A stretch of 52,982 nucleotides of DNA from Polaromonas sp. 28-63-22 (GTDB taxonomy: Bacteria > Pseudomonadota > Gammaproteobacteria > Burkholderiales > Burkholderiaceae_C), in the NCBI GenBank assembly GCA_002256925.1, contig NCGI01000002.1:1-52982 (forward strand), in the 5' to 3' direction. The notes below the pieces were generated by a model. It saw only the letters and a list, made by a program, of their open reading frames with translations, was not told the origin of the DNA and made no database searches. Positions 47,257-52,982 of this stretch are shown here, one piece after another (within the stretch, counting starts at the first letter, position 1; the number at the start of each line of letters is the position of its first letter). The position numbers and the translations under genes were made by a program.

Positions 47257-47269
47257 ACCGATTTAAAAG
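47254..47269 (+). promoter_or_regulatory. Candidate late-promoter activator site (baseplate wedge operon)
   Basis: TAAACCGATTTAAAAG, identical to 24397-24412; ends 33 bp before the gp46 ATG. Confidence 0.6.
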
Positions 47270-47302
47270 ACCCGCCGCAGCCAACCCACGAGACTCGATT
47301 CA

Positions 47303-47767
47303 ATGGACCTTGCCCTCACTTTCGACCGCACGCTGCAGGCTTTTGACCTGTCGATCGCTGGCGCCGACCTGGCCGGCGACGACACGCTGGCCAGCGCGGT
47401 GCTGACCTCGCTGCTGTGCGACCGGCTGGCAGCTGGCTATGAGGTGCAGCCAGGTGAAGACCGGCGCGGCTGGTGGGCCGATGCGTATGCCGACAACCAG
47501 CACCTGACGGGCTCACGCCTGTGGCTGCTGGCGCGAGAAAAGCAGCTGGCCGGTACGCTGCTGCGCTGCAAGCAGTACTGCGAAGAGGCGCTGCAGTGGA
47601 TGGTCGAGGACGGCCTGGCCAGCGACGTGACGGTGACGGTGTTTGCGCCACGCATGGGCTGGCTGGTGGCGATGATCAAGTTCGCCATCAATGGCCAGGC
47701 GCGCACACTGCGTTTCGAGTTTGACCAGGCGCGCCAGGTGTGGGCTCTTGCCGGGGAGGCGTTCTAG
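47303..47767 (+). CDS. Baseplate protein Mu gp46
   Basis: SL..DR.A, RRGWWAD, GSRLWLL.REK and EAL.WM..DG.A motifs. Confidence 0.9.
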   Translation: MDLALTFDRTLQAFDLSIAGADLAGDDTLASAVLTSLLCDRLAAGYEVQPGEDRRGWWADAYADNQHLTGSRLWLLAREKQLAGTLLRCKQYCEEALQWMVEDGLASDVTVTVFAPRMGWLVAMIKFAINGQARTLRFEFDQARQVWALAGEAF

Positions 47768-48817
47768 ATGCCGTTCGAACGCCCCACGCTGCCGCAGCTG
47801 ATCGAGCAAGGCGCGGCTGAATTTGAAAGCCGCCTGCCGGGCGTGCTGGCGCGTGTGCGCAGCAGCGTGATCGGCGTGATCAACCGTGTGCTGGCGGGCG
47901 CGCTGAGCGCTCTGTACAAATACGCCGAGTGGCTCAATGACCAGGTGTGGCCGGACCGTGCAGCCGCTGAATCGCTGCCCGAGCATGGGGCGCGCTGGGG
48001 CAAGAACCGGCTGCCTGCTGCACCCGCCACAGGCACGGTGCAATTTAGCGGTATCGAGGGCTCGGCCATTGGCCTGGGCGCAGTGGTGCAGACGGCAGGC
48101 GGCGTGCAATACACCACCACGGCTGCCGGTGTGATTGCCGGCGGCGTGGCGAATGTGGCTGTGCAGGCGGTGCTGGCCGGGCAAGCAGGCAACGCACTGA
48201 TCGGTGCGGCCTTGACCCTGACATCGCCGATCGCGGGGGTCAATGCGGTGGCCACGGCGCAGACGGCGCTGGCCGGCGGTGCTGACATCGAGGGCATCGA
48301 GGCCTGGCGCGCGCGCATTCTGGCGCGCGTCCGCAAGCCGCCGCAGGGCGGCGCCGACTATGACTACGTGGCCTGGGCGCTGGAAGTGCCTGGCGTGACG
48401 CGGGTGTGGATTTACCCGGGTGAGCAAGGTGCGGGCTCGGTGGTGGTGCGCTTTGTGCGCGACGATGACGCCAGCATCATCCCGGACGCCGGGGAAATTG
48501 CAGCGGTGCAGGCCGCCATCGACGCAGTGCGGCCGGTGACGGCGGTGACCTATGTACTGGCACCGGTGGCCACGGCGCAAAACTTCGCCATTCAGGCGAT
48601 CCCGGACACGGCCGCGATACGCGCAGCGATCACGGCCGAGCTGCAGCAGCTGTACCGCCGCGAAGCCAAGCCGGGCGGCACGATGCTGATCAGCCAGCAG
48701 CGCGAGGCGATCTCTATTTCGGCCGGCGAAACCGACCACGTGCTGAGCGTGCCGGCTGCCAACCAGGCGCATGGGATCGGTCAGTTGCCAGTGCTGGGGG
48801 TGATTACATGGCTGTGA
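47768..48817 (+). CDS. Baseplate J-like protein (Mu gp47)
   Basis: PFERPTL, GGAD.E, PPQGGA..DY..WA..VPGV and RPVTA motifs. Confidence 0.92.
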   Translation: MPFERPTLPQLIEQGAAEFESRLPGVLARVRSSVIGVINRVLAGALSALYKYAEWLNDQVWPDRAAAESLPEHGARWGKNRLPAAPATGTVQFSGIEGSAIGLGAVVQTAGGVQYTTTAAGVIAGGVANVAVQAVLAGQAGNALIGAALTLTSPIAGVNAVATAQTALAGGADIEGIEAWRARILARVRKPPQGGADYDYVAWALEVPGVTRVWIYPGEQGAGSVVVRFVRDDDASIIPDAGEIAAVQAAIDAVRPVTAVTYVLAPVATAQNFAIQAIPDTAAIRAAITAELQQLYRREAKPGGTMLISQQREAISISAGETDHVLSVPAANQAHGIGQLPVLGVITWL

Positions 48818-49407
48818 CGCTGCAGGCATGGCTGGGTTCGCTGCAGGCCCTGCTGCCGCCGGGCCGTGCCTTTACGCGCGAGCCGGGTAGCGTGCTGGCG
48901 CGCGTATTGGAGGCGCTGGCGGCCATGCTGCTGGCGGCCCAGATGCGGCTGGAAGACCTGCGCGCCCAGGGCGACCCGCTGCGCGCCACGACGATGATGC
49001 CGGACTGGGAGCGCTTTCTGGCGCTGCCCGATGCCTGTGTGGTTGCGCCAGAAAACCTGTCGCTGTTTGAGCGCCAGCAAAATTTGCTTCAGCGCCTGAC
49101 AGAGCAAGGCGGCCAGTCGGCGGCGTACTTCATCGGCCTGGCGTCGCAGTTGGGGCAGCCGGGTTGCACTGTCACGGAGTTCCGGCCGATGAGCTGCAAC
49201 GACGATTGCAACGATGCGCTATTCAGCCCCGAAGACCGCTTCAACTGGCAATTCAACGTGCCGGCCGCTTCGGTGGGCATTCGTGTCATGGATTGCAATG
49301 ACGACTGTAACGACCCGCTGGATTTTTTCACGCCGTCGCTGATCGAGTGCCCGATCCGCAAGCGCCGGCCCGCACACACCAACGTGTATTTCGCTTACGC
49401 CTCATAG
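48808..49407 (+). CDS. Baseplate protein Mu gp48 (YmfQ, DUF2313)
   Basis: LLPPGRA, DWER.L.LPD.C, GGQS..YF and EC.I....PAHT motifs. Confidence 0.9.
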   Translation: MAVTLQAWLGSLQALLPPGRAFTREPGSVLARVLEALAAMLLAAQMRLEDLRAQGDPLRATTMMPDWERFLALPDACVVAPENLSLFERQQNLLQRLTEQGGQSAAYFIGLASQLGQPGCTVTEFRPMSCNDDCNDALFSPEDRFNWQFNVPAASVGIRVMDCNDDCNDPLDFFTPSLIECPIRKRRPAHTNVYFAYAS

Positions 49408-49415
49408 GAGTTTTC

Positions 49416-50585
49416 ATGGACCGCATCGCTACTGCCACCAAAGCCATCGACCTGTTCGGCGTCGGCAAGCATGGGTGGAAGAACCGCAATATCGGCCTGG
49501 GTGTCGAGCCGACTGAATTCAATGCCGAGTGGTGCAACGGCGTGCAGGAAGAACTGCTGGCCATCATTGAGGCGGCGGGCCTGGTGCCTGCTGCGGCAAC
49601 GCGCAACCAGATGCGCCAGGCCGTCAAACGCCTGTTCGCCGGCAACGTCACCACCATCAACTTCGCAGCCAGCCCCTTTGCGCTGACGGCCGACCACGCC
49701 GGGCTGGTGCTGGTCGATGCGGCGGCCGGCAATGTGGTGATCAATTTTCCAGCGGCCAATATCTTTGCAGCCTTGTGTTATCGAATCAAACGGATCGATT
49801 CCACGGCCAACACGGTAACACTCGGCCGCGCCGGCGCCGACACATTTGATGGCGTGGCGTCCAGCGTAAGCCTGGTCGGCCAGGATGCTGTCGTGAATTT
49901 TGTGGGGGATGGCGTCGACAAGTGGCGAACGGTGTCCACGCCGCGCGGCCTAGCGCGCTTCGCGTCGAACGGTAACTTCACGGTGCCTCCGGGGGTCACG
50001 ACGATTTATGTCAGCGGCTGCGCGGCCGGTGGTGGCGGTGGTGGTGGTGGTGGCGCGGCTAGCGCCAATGTCGGCAGCAGCGGAAGCGGTGGCGGCGCCG
50101 GCCAGTCGCTGATCCGTCAGGCCTACACGGTTACGCCGGCTCTAGTGCTGACCGTTGCCATCGGTGGCGCAGGAAGCGGCGGCGGCATCAACGGCGCAGG
50201 GGGTAGTGGCTCAAACGGTACGGCGGGCGGCACGACTAGCGTGTCGGGCATCGGCGTGACGCTGGCCGGCGGCGGCGCGGGGCTCGCAGGCATCAATTCC
50301 CCATCGCCCGCAGCGGCGCCGGGCGGCGGCACCGGCTACCCCAATGGATCGGCAGGGAGCGACACCGCTGCCAACGCGACTGGCATCGCGGGTGCGGGCG
50401 CGTCTGGCCCCTTCGGCGGCGGCGGCGGTAGTGGCCGGGCGGGTGCCGGCGGCGGCACTCCTGGCAGCGCTGCATCGGGCTATGGCGCCGGTGGCGGCGG
50501 TGGTGGCGGCTCCTACACGCCAGGCAGCGGTAATGGCGCAGTCGGCGCTGCGGGTACGTCCGGCATCATCATCTTCGAATGGTAG
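49416..50585 (+). CDS. Tail fibre protein with glycine-rich C-terminal domain
   Basis: MDRI...T..NAEWCNGVQEEL..IIE.AG N-terminal anchor; FTVP.GVT.I.V...GGGGGG Gly-rich domain ending GIIIFEW. Confidence 0.85.
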   Translation: MDRIATATKAIDLFGVGKHGWKNRNIGLGVEPTEFNAEWCNGVQEELLAIIEAAGLVPAAATRNQMRQAVKRLFAGNVTTINFAASPFALTADHAGLVLVDAAAGNVVINFPAANIFAALCYRIKRIDSTANTVTLGRAGADTFDGVASSVSLVGQDAVVNFVGDGVDKWRTVSTPRGLARFASNGNFTVPPGVTTIYVSGCAAGGGGGGGGGAASANVGSSGSGGGAGQSLIRQAYTVTPALVLTVAIGGAGSGGGINGAGGSGSNGTAGGTTSVSGIGVTLAGGGAGLAGINSPSPAAAPGGGTGYPNGSAGSDTAANATGIAGAGASGPFGGGGGSGRAGAGGGTPGSAASGYGAGGGGGGGSYTPGSGNGAVGAAGTSGIIIFEW

Positions 50586-50592
50586 GTACACA

Positions 50593-51090
50593 ATGAAATA
50601 CGCACACTTTGACTCCATCACCAAGCGCGTGATGCAACTACTCGACACAAATGCTTTCAGCTATGCCGAACTGCCGCCAGCTGAGGCGCTGCTCACGCTG
50701 TCAGATGAGCAGCACGCGGCCGCACACGAGGGTCTCTGGGCTGTTGTTGGCGGCGCCCTGGTTGCCGTGGATGAGGCCTTCTTCAGGCCTGCTCCGCCAT
50801 CGTTCACGACGCTGAAGGCCGCTGAGCTGGCAGCCTTCCGCGCACAGCGCGAAAAGATGCTCAACCGGCTGGCCGGCATTGGCATGGCGGCGCAGGTCGG
50901 CGGCGATGCGCCGCTGGCGCTGGCCATCACCACATTCCGGCAGGGCCTGCTCGATCTGCCATCACACGCCAGCGTGACCGGCGCCACGGACATTGACGCC
51001 TTGAGGCTGGCCCTGAAGACCCGCTACGCGGCCTTGCTGGCCGCCACGCCGGCGACCGCCAAACTAGCTTTCAAAGGAGTAGACGCATGA
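50593..51090 (+). CDS. Putative tail fibre assembly protein
   Basis: Follows the fibre gene; FRQ.LLDLP resembles fibre chaperone C-termini. Confidence 0.6.
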   Translation: MKYAHFDSITKRVMQLLDTNAFSYAELPPAEALLTLSDEQHAAAHEGLWAVVGGALVAVDEAFFRPAPPSFTTLKAAELAAFRAQREKMLNRLAGIGMAAQVGGDAPLALAITTFRQGLLDLPSHASVTGATDIDALRLALKTRYAALLAATPATAKLAFKGVDA

Positions 51091-51530
51091 CTGCGTTTAG
51101 CGTGCTCTGGCTGGTGACTCGGCTCGCCTTCTGGTTGGTCGTGATCGGCTTCATGCTGTTCGTGTTCTTCGCCGCCGTGATGTCGTTGCGGGACGCCCGC
51201 AATCGAGGCCAATTGACGGCCGCGCTCAAGCTGTTCGGCTACCCGACACTGGCGATCGGCTACACGCTGGACTTCATGGCGCAGATGACGCTTGCCGTCG
51301 CCATCTTCGCCGAGCTGCCGCCGCGCAGATGGTTCACGCCAACCTGGTCGTTCAAAGTGCTCGGCCGCACGTTTGATTTTGGCTGGCTGCGGCTGCCGGC
51401 GGTGGAGTCGACCGTGTCGGAGCGGACCAAGCGCCTGCAGCTGACCGGCACCGGCTGGCGCCAGGCCCGGGCCATCTGGTGGCGCACGAATGTACTGGGT
51501 CCGCTGGATACGTCGGGCGGGCACAGCTAG
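51087..51530 (+). CDS. Membrane hypothetical protein
   Basis: Hydrophobic N-terminal half; TVSER..RL and LD.SG.H ending. Confidence 0.6.
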   Translation: MTAFSVLWLVTRLAFWLVVIGFMLFVFFAAVMSLRDARNRGQLTAALKLFGYPTLAIGYTLDFMAQMTLAVAIFAELPPRRWFTPTWSFKVLGRTFDFGWLRLPAVESTVSERTKRLQLTGTGWRQARAIWWRTNVLGPLDTSGGHS

Positions 51531-51659
51531 CCCAAAAAAGACAGGGCGAGGGCCTGCGGTGCGCTAACACTTCAAGCCCCCGCCTCCACCGTGAGCGAAC
51601 ACGGTATCGACCGAAGACCCTGCCACCTGTACAGGCTGGGTGATCATAACGGTGATGCC

Positions 51660-51887
51660 ATGCTAGAAAAGTTGACTGAGTTGAGGTGCGGCAGCTGCAA
51701 TCGCAAACTGGCGATGGGCTGCTACAGCAGGCTGGAGATCAAATGCCCGCGCTGCTGCACCATGAATATATCGAGGGCCAGCGCCGCTGATTGCAGCGGC
51801 CCGAGCGCCGACCCAGCACGCCTTCGAGCGTCATCTGAAAAAGAGTTGAAAGATGACACAAAAACGAGGGGCAGCCACGCTCTTTAA
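51660..51887 (+). CDS. com: Com-like zinc-finger translational regulator
   Basis: ELRCGSCNRKLA...EIKCPRC..MN, the Mu Com signature. Confidence 0.85.
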   Translation: MLEKLTELRCGSCNRKLAMGCYSRLEIKCPRCCTMNISRASAADCSGPSADPARLRASSEKELKDDTKTRGSHAL

Positions 51888-52677
51888 CAACCCGATCGAG
51901 CGGCCGGCGCCGCTGGTGCAATGGATAGGCGGCAAGCGCCGCCTGGCGCCGCAAATTCTGCCGCTGTTTCCGACGCACGAGTGCTACGTCGAGCCGTTCT
52001 GCGGTGCGGCTGCGCTGTTCTTTTTGAAGGCGCCGGCGAAGGTCGAAGTACTGAACGATATCAACGGCGACTTGGTTACCTTGTACCGTGTGGTCCAGCA
52101 CCATCTTGAAGAGTTCGTCAGGCACTTCAAGTGGGCGCTGGCCAGCCGCGAAATCTACCGCTGGCTGCAGGCGACGCCCGCCGAAACGCTGACTGATATT
52201 CAGCGCGCAGCACGCTTCTTTTATCTGCAGAAACTGGGCTTTGGCGGCAAGGTGCACGGCCAGACATTCGGCACGGCAACCACATCAAAGACTGGCTTGA
52301 ATCTGCTGCGCCTGGAGGAGCAATTGAGCGCGGCGCATTTGCGCCTGCACCAGGTCTATATTGAGCGCCTGGCGTGGGCGGCATGCGTCGAGAAATACGA
52401 CCGGCTGCACAGTCTGTTTTATATGGACCCGCCCTACTTCGGCACCGAGGGCTATGGGGTCGATTTCGGGCTGCAGGAATACGACCGCATGGCTCATCTG
52501 ATGGGCTCTATCAAGGGTAAGGCGGTGGTCAGCGTCAACGACATTCCGGCGATGCGAAAGGCTTTCAAAGGCCACTACATCAAGCGGGTCAGCATTAGCT
52601 ATTCGGTAGGAGCTTCAGGGTGTGGCCGGGGGCCCAAAGGTGAGCTGATCATCACTAATTTCAAGCCTCCGAAATAG
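51853..52677 (+). CDS. DNA adenine methyltransferase (D12/Dam class)
   Basis: WIGGKRRLA, YVEPFCG, LNDINGDL, DPPY and ELII.NF motifs. Confidence 0.92.
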   Translation: MTQKRGAATLFNNPIERPAPLVQWIGGKRRLAPQILPLFPTHECYVEPFCGAAALFFLKAPAKVEVLNDINGDLVTLYRVVQHHLEEFVRHFKWALASREIYRWLQATPAETLTDIQRAARFFYLQKLGFGGKVHGQTFGTATTSKTGLNLLRLEEQLSAAHLRLHQVYIERLAWAACVEKYDRLHSLFYMDPPYFGTEGYGVDFGLQEYDRMAHLMGSIKGKAVVSVNDIPAMRKAFKGHYIKRVSISYSVGASGCGRGPKGELIITNFKPPK

Positions 52678-52836
52678 GCTCGTTGGGCCTCGATATTGAC
52701 CCCTACCTACCCCTTGCCAGGAGCCCAATCGAGGCGCCTGGCGCGTTCTGGAGGGTCGGTTTTGGGTCGCTTAAAGCTGGTTTAAAGCGATTGGGGATAG
52801 TCTGTGGATAACCCAGACCTTGCCGATCCGGCTCCA

Positions 52837-52877
52837 TGCTCCAATAGCGTGGCCCTCTTGCTCCAATAGCGTGGCCC
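52837..52877 (-). promoter_or_regulatory. Right-end transposase-binding sites R2/R1
   Basis: 19-bp direct repeat TGCTCCAATAGCGTGGCCC at 52837-52855 and 52859-52877, ending 6 bp from the terminal base. Confidence 0.85.
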
Positions 52878-52982
52878 GTTACACAAATAGCGCGACCTGA
52901 GACGGGCTCCATCTGCACAGGCCCAGGCCGGCTGGGGCCGAAGGTGGTCTGGCCTTGATCACAATCTGGTGCGGCTGGCGGG

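Larger units (their letters stand above)
12269..52883. mobile_element. Complete Mu-like transposable prophage (40.6 kb), myovirus-type tail, inverted (B3/BcepMu-like) early region
   Basis: Starts TGT (12269) and ends ACA (52883); CAAAT direct repeat at 12264-12268 and 52884-52888; encodes MuA/MuB, Ner, repressor, GemA, Mor and full Mu-type head and tail gene sets. Confidence 0.96.

Noticed and set aside
12480-52785. Reading TTAA-N7-TTAA as CtrA boxes
   Set aside because: CtrA is alphaproteobacterial, the host genes look betaproteobacterial, and the spacer varies from 6 to 8. The motif is kept as a finding without that assignment.
49416-52883. Invertible G-segment or diversity-generating retroelement at the tail fibre locus
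   Set aside because: No invertase, reverse transcriptase, duplicated fibre C-terminus or TR/VR pair is visible.
52913-52919. CTGCACA, a perfect inverted match to the left-end TGTGCAG, as the right prophage end
   Set aside because: It is followed by GGCCC, not CAAAT. The end at 52883 has the target duplication and R1/R2 sites and restores the host reading frame.

Overview
GC-rich betaproteobacterial chromosome segment; the gene set suggests Comamonadaceae (inference). Bases 1-12268 are host DNA: pilU, a beta-hydroxyacid dehydrogenase, two small palindromic mobile/REP-type elements, the BON-gmhA/diaA-yraN-rsmI cluster, a Bcr/CflA MFS pump, a lipoprotein, a GT2 / acyl-CoA-dehydrogenase-like / PIG-L / NodS-like operon and a damaged CHASE3 histidine kinase. 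Bases 12269-52883 are an apparently complete 40.6-kb Mu-like transposable prophage with TG...CA ends, a 5-bp CAAAT target duplication and repeated transposase-binding sites. It is inserted 4 codons before the original stop of the kinase gene. The early region is inverted (B3/BcepMu-type layout), head and contractile-tail genes are Mu-type, and the genome ends in com-dam rather than gin/com-mom. The most notable observations are: (1) a C20 tract that puts a probable leaderless start of the repressor out of frame, a candidate phase-variable lysogeny switch or an assembly error; (2) an extra four-gene fibre-like module fused to the lysis cassette, whose first protein carries a Sec signal peptide; (3) helically phased TTAA-N6-8-TTAA sites scattered through the prophage only; (4) perfect DnaA boxes near both prophage ends. 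All product calls come from recognising motifs and gene order, not from database searches.
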